Positions 44,570 to 58,600 of a stretch of DNA of 64,000 bases are shown here, one piece after another. Position 1 is the first letter of the stretch. Each line of letters starts with the position of its first letter. This stretch comes from a virus, in the IMG/VR virus record IMGVR_UViG_3300023174_004605, positions 31,737 to 95,736 of that record. The stretch is one strand, 5' to 3'. The notes beneath the pieces are model-generated. The model was not told where the DNA came from. It saw nothing but the letters and a program-made list of their open reading frames with translations, and made no database searches. The translations under genes were made by a program, and so were the position numbers.

Positions 44570-45856
44570 CTATTTAATTGTTACTATGGCCTCAACAGTG
44601 CCTTCACTGTGATCCAATTTGTCACGCAGGGCGCGGCCTATCACGTTGAACGCTGTGGCCTCGCCAGTTCGTGCTGCCCGGGCCTGCCCGTTGCCGGCAC
44701 TGACTAATCTGTCTCCTTTGAGCACTTGACCGACTACTTTTACAGGAACTCGCCCAGTCATTGCAACTGGAGGGTGTGTTTCATTTGAGCCTGCTTGGCT
44801 GTTCATCAAATATGCTGCTCGTGTACTTATTACACCAAACACATTTTCGCTAAGATCGCTTGTGACTTGTGTGATTTCTGCTGATCCGCCCAGTTCAACC
44901 ACGGTACCAGGAGCATAGGCCGAATCTGCTTCAAAGCGTTCTGCTACGTCGGCATAGTTGGCGTTGATCTGGTTGCCCGAGATAGTGCCGTCGGCGCCAT
45001 TGATGGTCATCACTGTGGTAGGTGTTCCTGCCACATTGGCGCGGAACAAGAGGTCACCGTTGGTTTGGGTATTACTGAGTGTTACATCAGATCCTGCTAC
45101 TGTGACAGCAAAGTCGCCATCGGCTCCTACTGCTAGGCCTGAGTCACTGGTAGTGGTCAATTTGCCTGTGGTGGTAGCAGCCGCATCGGCTCGCATGAAA
45201 CTGAGATATCCCAATTCAAGTACACCAAGCGTGGCAGCATTGGTGATTGAGCCCTGGAACACATAGGATGCACTGGCTGTGCTGAGTGATAAACCAGGTT
45301 TGATGGTGGCAAATCCTGTGATAGGTGTCTGAGGAGTAAATGTTGTGGTGTATTGGCTCAAGATGCCCATCAATGTACCGCCCGACCAAAGTTCCAGGAT
45401 GGTGCGGTCAGTGTTGGTGTTGTCTTTGATAGTCACAGGAATAGCACCTGTGGTTCCTTGGCCGGCGCTGAACGCAGGTCCTACCAATAACCAATCGGTT
45501 CCGGTATAGACTTTGAGTTGTTCATTTGTGGTGTCGTACCATAGATCACCAACCACATTGCTTGTGGGTGCTGTGCCACTGGCCGTGGCCGAACTGATGG
45601 TTTTCCAAACCGTACCATTCCATACATTCATTACGGCATTGCCACTGTCCCACCAAAGTTGTCCAACCAGCGGAGTGCTGGGGGCTGTGGTATTAGAACT
45701 ATTTTCTAACAAGTGAACAAAGTTTTCGTCCAAATAGATACCATAACCAGCATAATTTTTGCCTGGCAAGGCCATGCTACTAGCGGTAGTATTAAGAGTA
45801 CCGTCTGCAATGGTAGTTAATACAGCACCATCGGTTAAGTTAATTACATATGCCAT
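44570..45856 (-). CDS. Tail/baseplate fibre protein with C-terminal auto-cleaving chaperone-like domain
   Basis: GQLWWD/GDLWYD repeats; NYADVAERF...GVIS...AMTGRVPVKV...KGDRLV. Confidence 0.75.
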   Translation of the reverse strand: MAYVINLTDGAVLTTIADGTLNTTASSMALPGKNYAGYGIYLDENFVHLLENSSNTTAPSTPLVGQLWWDSGNAVMNVWNGTVWKTISSATASGTAPTSNVVGDLWYDTTNEQLKVYTGTDWLLVGPAFSAGQGTTGAIPVTIKDNTNTDRTILELWSGGTLMGILSQYTTTFTPQTPITGFATIKPGLSLSTASASYVFQGSITNAATLGVLELGYLSFMRADAAATTTGKLTTTSDSGLAVGADGDFAVTVAGSDVTLSNTQTNGDLLFRANVAGTPTTVMTINGADGTISGNQINANYADVAERFEADSAYAPGTVVELGGSAEITQVTSDLSENVFGVISTRAAYLMNSQAGSNETHPPVAMTGRVPVKVVGQVLKGDRLVSAGNGQARAARTGEATAFNVIGRALRDKLDHSEGTVEAIVTIK

Positions 45857-45878
45857 TTGTTTTACTCCGTCCTATTGT

Positions 45879-45886
45879 TATTTATA
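45879..45886 (-). promoter_or_regulatory. T4-type late promoter (TATAAATA)
   Basis: Exact consensus 22 nt upstream of the 45856 start, with GGAG RBS in between. Confidence 0.65.
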
Positions 45887-45906
45887 CAACCTTAATATAG
45901 TCATAT

Positions 45907-46524
45907 TTATGCAGCACTTAAATTGGTCAATGTTTGGATGCGCAGGGTGTAATCAATCTGTATCTGGCGATTCAGACTTTTCTGCACAGGGTGGAAAATC
46001 ACATGCGTGATCAAGCGCAGATCGGTGGCGCTGCCGTTCCAGCATTTTAGCCCTAGTTCATCAAACACATATTCACCATTGAAATTGGTGCTGTTGTCAA
46101 AGGCCTGTTGTCCTGGGGGCTCACCGTAGTCCAACAAACAGGTCACTAGTATATCTGTGTAAACTTTCCCAGCGGTGTGGATCACTGTCATGTAGTTGTT
46201 GACCGGATCCTGATTGGCGGCACTGTTGTCATCTACTACCTTGGCATAAGTTTCATTGTATAAGTCAGCGTTTTGGCCTGTGACGTTGGGTGGTAGATAA
46301 GTGATGATTCCAGTAGGATCCACTGAACTTCCGCCATTGCCAAATGCCATTTCATAGATCCAGCCACCGCCTTGTGCTGATGTGCGATTGCTCAAGGTCT
46401 GCGCCATGGCTATGCTGATGTTTTCATAGTGTATGGCGTTCTTTTTGTCAACCAGCACTGTGCCCGTGTTGGGATCGGTTATCTTGACAAAGCCTTCGAT
46501 TTTACACAAACCGGGTTGAATCAT
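45907..46524 (-). CDS. Virion structural (baseplate/tail) protein
   Basis: MAFGNGG, FDELGL, HPVQKS...IDYTLRI; context. Confidence 0.65.
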   Translation of the reverse strand: MIQPGLCKIEGFVKITDPNTGTVLVDKKNAIHYENISIAMAQTLSNRTSAQGGGWIYEMAFGNGGSSVDPTGIITYLPPNVTGQNADLYNETYAKVVDDNSAANQDPVNNYMTVIHTAGKVYTDILVTCLLDYGEPPGQQAFDNSTNFNGEYVFDELGLKCWNGSATDLRLITHVIFHPVQKSLNRQIQIDYTLRIQTLTNLSAA

Positions 46525-46667
46525 GCTCGTTTCTCCACAAATATCTCTCGTGTTTTTGGATCAAATATCTTGACAAACCCTTCCACGCTGATACTACCGG
46601 TTTCGTTGGGCCGTTTTGATCCTGGCTTGGGTTCCGGCGTTTTTGGTTGGGTGTTTGTCTGCATCAT
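46521..46667 (-). CDS. Small protein (48 aa) resembling the N-terminus of the next gene
   Basis: MMQTNTQPKTPEPKPGSKRPNETGSISVEGFVKIFDPKTREIFVEKRA; ATGA-coupled. Confidence 0.7.
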   Translation of the reverse strand: MMQTNTQPKTPEPKPGSKRPNETGSISVEGFVKIFDPKTREIFVEKRA

Positions 46668-46683
46668 AGATTATTTACCTAGC

Positions 46684-49600
46684 TTATTGACCCCGTAAAA
46701 ACCTTGCACACTGAGTATCCGTTTCGCTCAGTGGCCGATCAGGGGTAGCCAAGTTATACCAAGTATGGGCTCTGCGCACCAAGATAAGAACTTCTACTCC
46801 TTGCGGTGGGGCTGTATCAAACACCACAGTCACAGGACTTGGGTTTGTTATTGTGTAACCAGTTTGCACACGTTCGCCGCCCACATACACTTCTACACTT
46901 TCGTCACGCACAGTGCTGTCTTCTTGACTGATATCAATGTCTTGGGCTACAAAAGTTGTTGTAATGCCATCACCTTGATTCTCGCCGGGTACCAATGGAT
47001 TTGTGATGTTTGATACGATGTAATTTTGGCAAGACGCTGGCATGAGATTTCCACGGCCCATGTCATAGACCAAGGCATCTAGCTCATGGCTGGTAATAGC
47101 TGTGCCAGCTGTTCCACGCAACAGACTGCTAATCGTGTTGTTGACAGTGTCTCTGTCACGATACAAGATACGTTCACCATCTATCATAACCACTCCCCAG
47201 GTATTGGCAGCAAAGGCTCCTGAAGTCACAGACCAGTAAGTTGGGTTAGTGGGCAGATTTCCCACAGTCATGGACAAGGCCACATAAAAGCCTCCATTGT
47301 AAATGACCACATCACCAGAGTTGTAAACAAAGTTAATATTGAACTGTGCTGCCAGGCCTGGTTCAGGCAAGACACTGGCATCATCTACGTATATGACGTT
47401 GTCGGTGGCGCTGAGAGGTTGTGCCAATATAGTGGTAGTTGATGGAGTTATGCGATAGGTGGCCTGTACTCCACGCATATCTTGGAATATGCGGAATGCG
47501 ATTGGAGGTGGCACTACACTGTTGGTAAAGCTGGTCACTGCCAGCACTGCACTGGCACCAATGGTTGGACCAGATAGGGTTATTTCAGAACCCTGGGTGG
47601 TAAAATCAATGCCATTGAATAACCATGATCCATCTAAGCTAACCAGCAACCTTTCTGGATTGGCTATAAGGCGTCCAAGGTCAAAGGTATTGTTGTTGTT
47701 GATGCTAGGACCGACAAAAACTTGTGTAACAAGCCCTTGTTCTGAAGTATCATTCCAGGTTGTTAGAGTTATTATGTCTCCGGGATTAGGAACATATCCG
47801 GCTTCAAAAGTAATGGTGTCTGCTCCGGGTCCTGTGATCCTATAATCTGCATTGGTGGACACACTCAACAAGATCTGAGCTCCGGGTTCCGGCGCTGTTG
47901 TGAATGTGATGGTGCGATACAGGCTACTGCCATCCCAAGGATCAACCACAAACTGATCTCCCAACACCAGTTTGACGTTGTCAACATAAACCAAAACATC
48001 GTTATCAGACATCACAGCTGGGTTGTACCCATTGTTGTTGGGCAATTCAAAAGTGAGTGTGGTACCATCACCAGTGGCACGAACTCCAGAATATGGTCTG
48101 CTTCGTAGCCCATTGACTGTTATGACAAGATTGACCTGATTGGTGCCAGGACCGGCATAGGTCACTGGATAACTGATACTGCCATCGGCTGTGATATTTG
48201 GTTGGAATACCGGCAAGCACCAGCTGTGGGTTGGTCCGACATTGGCATATCCAAACACAGCTAAGTTGATGCGATCTGTGGATCCGTATGTGGCTGTAAA
48301 CGACACTGTGGTTGACTGTGTTCCACTGGCTGCATAGGTATAATCTACATCAGGTTCTAGTCTGATTTCACCGTTGTAGATTAAAAATTCCGAAATCAGA
48401 CTGATCGAAAATGGCACGGTGATCGTATCGCCAATCAGGTTGCCTAGGTAAGTGTTTAGATACAGTTGATTGCCGCCGCCTACACCAGTCACATAAATCA
48501 CCAAGACATCGCCAGCGTCTTCGGTAGCTCCTGCTGTGAGTGTGTAGTTGACCCAGTCGTAGCTGGAGGGTTCTATAGAGATGCCTTTGGTGGCATTGAA
48601 TGCCACCACTGTAAACGGATTTGGTAATACATTGGCAAAACTCAGCACAGGATTGGCTGGATCGTAGACATATCTAATAGAATTAGCCGGGAATCCATGT
48701 CCTGCACCATTATAATCGCTGCCAGGAGTGGTATAAACACGGAAATCCAAGGTATCAAATTCACTGCCGGGTACTAGTTCTTCGGGCGCATAGCTACTGA
48801 ATACGTCTATGTACCCGCCGCCATCAACATTGATATCCGTGGGTCTAGTACCCAAGAATTCATCTGTGTAGGAACTGCTGTAAAAAGCGTCTAATAGTCC
48901 TAGATCATAGGTTGGAAACCCTTCAGGGCTGATTGTAAGATTATCAAAGGGATTGATGTCATAGTTGCCCACATCGTATCCAGTATTGAACTCAAAGCCT
49001 AGACCATAAACCTGCACTCCAGGATAATCTAATCCGTCGATCAACAAGGGCAAATTGCGCCCAGGCATGTTGGCGCCGGGCAAGTAAAAACCTTGCGTGC
49101 GGTTAACGCCGCTGAGAGAGCTGGCTTCGACTTCGGTCCAGTCTTCAAGTATAAAGGAATCATAAAATGTAACAGTTGCTGGACCAAATGACACCAATAG
49201 AGCTTGACTCAGTGTCACTGATGTTCCAGCAGGATTATATTCCGTGACCAAGGTGCCCAAAGGTATACCCACTCCCACAACAATGGTACCATTCACCAGT
49301 GGTAAATTTGAAGGCACAGTCATTGTGAATGACCCGGCCTGGCCACTGGCTGCTACTGACACCGGTGGATTGGAGATTGTTGCGGTTGCTTGCCATACTC
49401 GATCAGTGTATCGAACTTGAGTTCCAGCTGGATATGATGCTACCAAATAACTCCAGTCAGTGATTGTGCTCTTATATTCATAACGGTCATACTTGATGAC
49501 CATGTTCATGTTGCGTACCAAGTTATTTCCCATAACGGCAATAGCGTTGGCTCCTGTGCCTCCTCCTCCAGTGAGTGTTATCGACACAGTGCTGTTGTAG

Positions 49601-52600
49601 CCAGAACCTGGCTCGATAATTTCTACTGCAATAACTCGTCCAGCTGAATTGATAACTGCTACTCCGGAAGCGGATTTGCCAACGTAGGTCAATACAGTTG
49701 TGCCGTTTTCTTGGCTGCCGGATATAAAACGTGGTGCAGCAACGCCAGACGTGCCGGATTGTGCTACCAAGTATAAGTTGCCAAAGTAAAATATTTGTTG
49801 ACCTTGAGCGTAAAGAGTTGATGCCTCCCAAGGTGTGCCTATGGTCACGTCGGGTTCACTGCTGTAGTTTTGGCCACTGTTGACTATGCGTACTGATTCC
49901 ACGCTTAACAAATAGTTGTTGAACCATTCGCTCCAGGGTGATATATTCCAAATTTCAGCATCAGCGGGTGTGTCTGCGATGTCGCTGGCAGTTCCAGTAC
50001 CCTTGGCTGTGCTCTTGGTATAGGGCAATAATATAGGGCTTACATACTGTGGAATTTCCAGTGCAGTATTATAGTAGCTGGGATTGTCAAAGTCAGTGAC
50101 AGCACCTGGATAGATGTCTTGTCCGTTATAGGCCAAGTTAAATTGTTTGACTTGCACATGATAAGGCTTGACTTCTTGCAAATAATCCAACACAAAGGTT
50201 TGGTTGTCTTGACGATAAATTTGGAATGGCAACAGTTCACGTATGTCATGCCGCACATCAATAAGGCTGGTCTTGTTCAACCAGTCTGGAGCTGATTCTT
50301 CAGTCAGGATATATTCAAACATCAAAGTCAAAAGTCTGTTGCGATAGATAGCCAAATCATCTATAAACAATTCTTGGTTGATGGCTTGTATAATACGACG
50401 AGTCTCTGTTACTGGTTCTTGATCATAGTAAGTGGCATCAAACACTTCCACATCAAACCCAAAGCGACCCAGGGCATAATCCCATAATTCTGCTTTGAAT
50501 TCTATAGTGCCGTCCTGTAGAGCCACACGGTCCCAGCCAGTGACCGTGCGCACATATATTTCAAATTTATTCTGTGCATTGGCCGTGACTTTGACACTGC
50601 TGCCTACTGCTACTGTGGTCAAAGAAGCCAGACTAGCATAGTTTGGAACTTCTGCCACTGGCACAGTGTTGGGATTGTAACCCAGCTGATACCAATCTAT
50701 GTGTTGCCAATAGTTTCTGGTGTCGTAGGTTTGTACCCTAGATAATTGAGTGGTTCGCGGAGCATCTATGGCTGCTGATTCAAGCACAACGGTATATATG
50801 GTCCAGGCACCGTTGTTGGCGCTGTCACTCAACACCAAATAATTATAGCCCAATGGTACTGCATATAAATTCTGATAGCCGAGTTCTTCAATGTTGTTGA
50901 CTATCTTGTTATACACTTGCTCAGATGGTGCCGGAACTGGTTCACGAGAATTAAGTAAAGTGAATCGGCGCAGTTCGATTATAGGCAGGTATTTTAGTAT
51001 TTCATTTGCACGTGTGAGATAATTTTGCAAGGCCAAGAAACGATTCACAAACATGCTTTGGCGTGGTACAAATTGCACGCCATATCGTTCGGGCGGACTC
51101 AAGAACGGATCTGGAACCTGTGCTCCGCTGGTATCGTAACCGCAGAAACTGTCCTGTAGTTTTCTATATAAATTTGCAGACAAAAAACTTTCAGGTTTGT
51201 CTTGCGCAATTAGCTGGTATTCACTATGGACATTTGCATCTGATAACTCCTGTTCAAAATCTATATGCAATATGGTGTCAAAAGCCGACAAGTATTGTAG
51301 ACCATTGTAGATAGCCACGGTGCTGGCATCCAGTGCTGCCAAATATGGTATACCGCTGCTTCTGGGATCTTCAATGTAGCGAGCTATGCCCGTGGTGCTG
51401 AGTGTTTTACCGGCATTGGTGTCGATGGTTGTTAGTCCGGTTACCCAGAAATAATACACTGTTTCAAAGGTGCCTACATTGGTCAAATTGGTCTTGATGG
51501 TATAGCTGACAGTGTCAAATGGAATACCAGGACCAGTGTAGCTGGCTGGTGGCACTGAGCTGGCCGTCCACTGATAGATCTCAACACGACTTCCAGGGAA
51601 CACCTGTCCCCAGCGCCGGCTGGCATAAACGATGTCATCTTGATTGGGGTCAATAAATCGCACTGAATCAGTATTCCACCAAATTTCCCCAACTCGATCT
51701 CCGGCCCAGAAATTGCCATAGTTGTTGACCGGGCCAAAGTTATATTGTGCAGGATCTATGGCTCCAATGAAATCTATATTTTGTTTGGCTGCTCCCAAGA
51801 TCTTGCCTTGCAAAGGATCAAAGAAATCAAAGAAATATGTTTCTGTGCTTTCTAATTTGTTGAACATGTAAACACTGTTCAACAAACGCACATCTACCAC
51901 TGGTCGCTGTTGCCGCAGGACTTTCCAGGCTGGTTCACGATTGGCGTTGTTGAATTCACTCACACGACCATAGTCACCGGTGCTGTCACCAAGATCATAG
52001 CCTGGACTACCTATCAATAGTTTGCCATTGGTATAATTGACTGCTGTGCCCCAAAGATCCAATGGTCTAATCAAGGTGTCAAACACTTGTTGACCAAACA
52101 CAAACTTACCAGGGTTGGTCACAGTATCTGTTGAGCTTGGCAGGTAATCGTATGTATAAACCACACCACTCTGTAACACAGGGTTGAAGAAAGTAGTGCT
52201 TCGGTCATCAAAGTATGTGGTTCCGTTGTCAAAAGTTTCTGGCTGGTATAAATTACCACCTGGCGCACCCACTACTAAGGTCGAGGCCGACGAGTCTATG
52301 TTTACTGCGGCACCAAAATTGGCATTGGCCACTGGGTTTGGACTGGTTATAGTTTGTGTATAAGCAAAAAGTTCCAGGCCTAGATCTGCATAGGCTGTGC
52401 CGGTGGTGCCTGGCAATACAGTCAATCGATTGAATTCATCTGCGGCTTCCACATTGACCACACTGATGGTCAACCGACCGTCACTGGCCGTGGCAGTTAC
52501 GTTGGGTATACCTTCTGCTACTATGGCAGCCGCCAGGCCCTCTACAGTGTTGTTGGGAGAATTGGGCACAGCGACTGGCATGTTGTTAATGTGTATAGTG

Positions 52601-55600
52601 TCTCCAAAAGTCAAGGTAGGATTGACAGTGGTAGAAGTGATGGTACCGTACACTCGCGCTTGGTTCACGTTGCGTTGAACTGAACCTGCTCCGACCAACA
52701 CAGTTCCGTCCACAGGAGCACCGGTATAGATGCTACAGTTATTTGGACACACATCAACGGTAGCGCCAAACTGTGATTCGTCAAAAGGAGCATTGGCTGT
52801 GATTTTTTGCACCTGAGTGAAAATATTGCTTTCCAGTTCCAGGATATCGCCCACAGACGTTGTCACATTCAAGATTACCTGATTACCGCTAACAGAAAAT
52901 TCGCCATTGATGTATTGAGCACTGTTGGTAAGATATTGATTGTTTAATAAAACTGCCACGGGTTCCTGGAATCCTACAGGCAATGTGTAGTTTGTCTGCG
53001 CAGTATTGTCAACGATAAAACGTTGCACACTGCGATCAAACACATATGTTGCACCAGCACGCGGATGATCTATATCTGCACTGTCGTTGCTGGCTCCAAT
53101 AATGACCTGGCGGCCATCGGTGGTGGTTTTGATCCGGCTGCCAAATCTAGCTGTGGGATCCAATCCTGCAACTGAGACAGTGTCAATAAATTGCCAATAA
53201 GTTCTTGCTAGTATTTTTATTAGGTCACCGCTGTCTGGTGCAACTGTGAAGACCAAGTCTGATCCAGAAAGTGTGTAGTCCAGCAAGGGTCTCTGTATGA
53301 CATCGTTGACATACACAGAGAAACTGTAAATATTTGTAACAGTGTATAGGTTGCTTTGCAGAGCATAAACTGTGGTGCTGCCATCACCGGTAAAATCTTG
53401 TTCAATTTTTCTAGTAATGATCAACCTGTTGTCCGCAGGTGGCGTAGAAGCCAACGTCACAGTGGTGCCTGCCACAGCATAATCTACTCCCTGAGTCAAC
53501 AGTTGATTGTTCAACACCACAGCCAGTTGATCAGAATTGTTGAATTCGATTAGTCCTGCTAAATTATAAACTTCAAAAATTCCTGTGGTTGTAAATTCCA
53601 CCATCTGTGTAGGCTGATCTACTCGCCCATAGGCATACACTTTGTTTTTTCCAGGTGCTGCCACATACATCCAACGTTCGTCGGCACTGATGGTGACAGC
53701 ATAACCAAATTCGGCACCTGTGAAATCCCCGTCAGGTGAACGCAATAGTTGTGTTTGTTGAAACGCAGAACTGGCTGAATCTCGAAATATGGTCACAGCA
53801 TAGCCTTGATTGCTGTTGCTGGCACTGGCACCTGCTATGGCCCAGTTTTGATGACCTATCTGCAGATCATTACCGTAGCCTTGTGTGCCAGTGGCACCTA
53901 ACAAAATGATAGGACTCTGGGCATACAGATTTTCAGTATCTCTTAGATAAGGAAACAGGCCACCGGTTCCGCCGTTGTAACTTGGAGCCCCTACCAAGGC
54001 CATGATGTTTTGCGAACCCTGCGAAATGCTGGTGCCATAATCAGACTGGCTTTCAACAGGTTCTACGGGAGTGAGTATCAGTCCCGATTTAAACGGATTG
54101 GTTTTTTCAATGACTTCCCATAGTCCAGCACCATTGTTGTCTACCCAGACCCTGGCACCAGGAATAAGATCATTGGCATAAGGTAAATTTAACACATCAC
54201 TGGCCTGAGGCACTCGCACTGTTTGGAACCTAAATGCTATGCCGACTCCGGCAATGGAGCCTGCAATATCCAAGGCTATCACAATGGATCTTGGATTGGG
54301 CACAGATAATACTCGATAGATACCATCCACAGCTGGATCAAAATATCTGATTACAACTATGTCATCAACGGTTAGTTCTATGCCCTGAGTGAATTGTATG
54401 ATTGCGGTGCCATTGAGATTTGACACAGCAGATTCAATGAACCCAGGCACTGCGTCACTTCTATACACATTCCAGTCGTAGCGATTGCTCTTGGCTGCCC
54501 AGACCGTGGTGCCAATACCAATGGTATCCAACACACCTGGAGCCAGACCCAGCTGACCCTCTAAGCTGAACACCGTGACATCCACGTCATCAAGATTCAC
54601 ATATCCTGCACTGGGCAAAGCTGTATCAGTGACCTGGACAGTGGTCGTTGGGAAAATTACCGGACTTGTGACATTATAACTTTCACGCCATAAATTTTGG
54701 TAGAGTATGGATTGATCGGCTATACTGGTCTGTTGCGGAGCAATGATCTGTACAGTGCTGGGGTTGGATTGCAACTGGGCTTCATTGAGTCGCATCTCAA
54801 TGAATCTACGATTGGCTGTGGCTCCATACAGGCCACGCAGTATGGCCCAATTTTCAAATATCTGATACTGTGCGACTTCCTTGTTGAGATCGGCATTGGC
54901 CAACAGTCTCACACTTTGTATGGTTCCTTTGTCTTTGATGAATTGTTGATAAACATTGACTTGACTGACGTCATCTAAATTCAAATCTGTCATGTATTGA
55001 CGTGGTCTGAATCCTATTAGGCCATAAGCAAACAAGTCTTGTTCAATTTCCAAATTGGCCTGGTTTACAGCATAGGTTGTGGCCAACTGATCGGCCTGAT
55101 TGGCTATGTTCTGCAACATGCCACGTTGTATCTTGGTATAATCACTTTGTGTCCAATCACTGCGTCGGAATTCAGCAGCTGGCTGGACAATGTTCAATGC
55201 AGAATAGTAACTGTTTTTGTAAAGAACAATCTCGCCTTTGGTGTATTTTTTATAAGGTTGCCATTGTTGAACCGTGGCATCGTTATTGTAGATAAAGCCT
55301 TGTGCATCTAGTTGTCCGTTCCAATCGGCACTGACTGTGGCTATAACATTGACACGACTTTGTCTTGCACCAGTGGCTGGATCGTAGATCAAGTCATTGA
55401 ATATGCTGACATTGTCCAAGACTACCATGCTTTCATAGCTGGTATAGCGCAGGTCTATGTAACTTATGGTTTGTGCGCTGAGGCTATTGACTTTGAAAAT
55501 ATTTTCAAAACGGTCTACCACTAGATCGCGTGTGGGTATAGTTGTCCTGTTTTGGTCAAGGATTAAATTTTCAGGAGTTTGCGCCACTATAGAATCTATC

Positions 55601-58600
55601 ACAGCTTCCGCCTTGACAGCGGTCAAACTAGTAGCTGTGGGATTTAGATTAATCACACTGCCTACTGCCCAGCCCTGATTGGTCCAGTATAAAAATTCTT
55701 GGGCCATTTGATCCCAATTTAGGGCGTAGCCATTTTCACGATCGTCGAAAACTATGCCTTGACTTTCCAGCAGGGCACCGTAGCTGAGCAAGAAATCACA
55801 AACCACTGTGGGATTGGTAAACACATATCCATAAGGTATCTGCACTACATCTTGATAGTAGGTGCTGGGCACCTGCACTGTGGTGCCTCCGGCAGATATG
55901 ATTTTCGTTGGACCGGCGGTACGACTGGCCAAGATTTCAAAGTATGGATTGGTTATGCTGTAACCAAAAACTGCCCATCCATCCTCGACCACTTGCACTA
56001 TGACTGAACTATAGACCACACGATCAAAAGGTTGATTTTTGTATACCAGGAGATTGTAACTTTCGTCTGGCAACAACAAACTACTGTTCAAACTTTCAGG
56101 ACTGCTTCGTTCGGTGAATATCTTGAGATATTGTTTGTCTGTGAATGCACCCATCCTGTAGCACAGTCTTACATCAAGCAAGGATAGATCTTCTGTTAGC
56201 TTGACCGTGGAATCCTGTCCAAGTTGTTGATTGTAATCAATGATCCAGTCTATGTAACTGGCCTTGCTGGTTCCGTTTCCATACACTTCTACACCATTGG
56301 CATCCAAACGATAACGCTGGTTATAAAGATATTGTCCTAAATCCGCGTCATATTTGTAAAGATCTCTGTCGGCAAACAGGCTGAAAAACTCTGCTGGCCG
56401 GGTCAAGGCCAACAAGCGCATGACCGCAAATGGATAACTGGAACTGCTCCTCCAGGAATACTCCACTGGCCCTTCATCGCCAAACACCCAACTCTTCTGG
56501 AATTGGCTTGAATCATACAAGCCGACCACGCTGTAGAACGGACTCAGCAGTTGTCCTTCACTGTCAACAGGTATAACTTGTTGCAGTCCGGGTCTAGCAT
56601 AGCGAGGTTTGAAGTATTCTCCCGCAGGATCTGCCACTCGGCCTACTGATAGATCATCCCACAGAACCAAGTTGCCTGAAGTATACGGTGCTGGGCCATA
56701 TTGGTCTTCCCACCAGGTGGGTTTTTCACTGAAACCCAACATCTCCCATGGTGTGGTGTGCGGTGTAGGAGTGTCGTAGAAATATTGATAGATACCACGC
56801 CAGGCTCCTACTGGTAAAGGTGTTTCTGTAGAAGCACTGGATGAACTGATCCTGTTGCCACAGGCGCTGTAGTTCCAGGTAAATTGATTGGCAGGATTGT
56901 AATCTTGTGCGGTATAGGCTAACTTGTTCCAGCCAACCCAGCTCAAGAAACTGGGTGCCAGGATCTGATTGACCTCGCTGAGGCTGTAATCAGTGGTCCT
57001 AAACTGCCCAGGAACCACATCAACTATGCTGAGTGGAATTGGTGATTTGATCTTGAGATTGTTGAAGATTCTGGTTTCAAATTCTAGCAACAGTTGGTCT
57101 CGGAAATCGCCAAATGCAACAGTTTTACTGCCGTCATGCCCTTGTATGATCAAGGTAGGATTGGTATAAGTTGCATCTAGATAAATTCTGGGCCGAAACG
57201 CTGGATACAGTCCTAATTTTGTTGGTGTGTTGGGCACAAAAGTGCCATAGGTGGTGGCATATTCTTGTATGACAATTACGTCTCCTACACTAAGAGGAAT
57301 GGTGACAGTTAGTGTAGGACCGTCGGTGCTGACCACATAGTCATAGCCAGCCTGCAAGATCACATCATTTACATAGACCAACACACTCTGATAGTTGCTA
57401 CTGGTAAAGTTGTAAGTTGTGTTGAGGTTGAATACAGGTGTGGATATAGGCGAATATGTCACTGTTTGTTCAGTGTAAACCGCGTTGGCTGGCAACATGT
57501 CTGTCCAGTAGAAAGGACTCAGTTGTGTGCGTCCAGCCACCAAGCCGGTGACAATGGCTGTGACCATGTCTGGTATGGTGTAATTGGTATAGTCATTGGT
57601 TACAGCTGCATTCAAAAACTGTGTTTTATATTGCTCATATTCGCGGCCGTTGTAAGCCAAGGAATTAAAAATATTGTATTGGGCTGATCGCATGAAGTAG
57701 CCAGCCAAGGTCATGGGACTGCTGTTTTGTATGATACTGGTACCGTAGGGTATGATATCGCCTAGGTCTCGTGAGTTGTTGTTGCCGTTGATCGGGCCCA
57801 CTAGATCCAACAAGTTTTGGCAGATGGATTCATAGTGAGTGCGTGCTGTGCCCAAGGTAAAATAAGGACTGTTGACGTTTAAGGGATTGTTTTCAAGATT
57901 GATAGGAACTTGATAAAACGCCACTTTGCTGGCTTGATCACTGAGCACGTTGACTTCGATTAGGTCACCGTCGGCAAAGGCTGCTCTGTCGTTGTAAGTG
58001 GTCTGCAAAAAGGTAATAGTTGTGCTGTCTGCTGTTGTTGTCACAGTATATTTGTAGGGTTCTTGGAACTGGCTACCTACATATAACTGCACACTGGGCA
58101 CAACATCGTCGGGCAACACTGCCACATCAAGTTGCAAAGGTCTTCCGTCATAGCTGAATTGGAATTGTTGTCGGCTTCGGCTAGGAACTGCGGCTGTTTG
58201 CCACCCTAGTTCACGTTGGTAATCCACACGATTGCTGTATTGGCGCACAAAACCATCACTTACAGATTTGGTATAGCTGACACTGTCTTTGGTATAGATG
58301 AATGTGTCGGTGTAAAGATTGTTATCAAATACAATGTCACCAATATTGGTCAAGCTCAAATAACGCAACGGAAATCCCAACACCGGATCATTGCCTCCGC
58401 TGGCCTGAGCGTAGGAAAACAATTTACTGCCTTCAAAATTGCTGCTGGGATATTTGATCTTGTTTGAAAAACTAAATCCATCTTGATCATACACATCAAA
58501 AAGAGGTGGTTGATTTACAGCAGTTTTTTGTTGTGCAGGAATCCAATCCACTCCATCAAACCAAAAACTCTTTCCTTGTTGTGTAAGACCACTGAGGACC

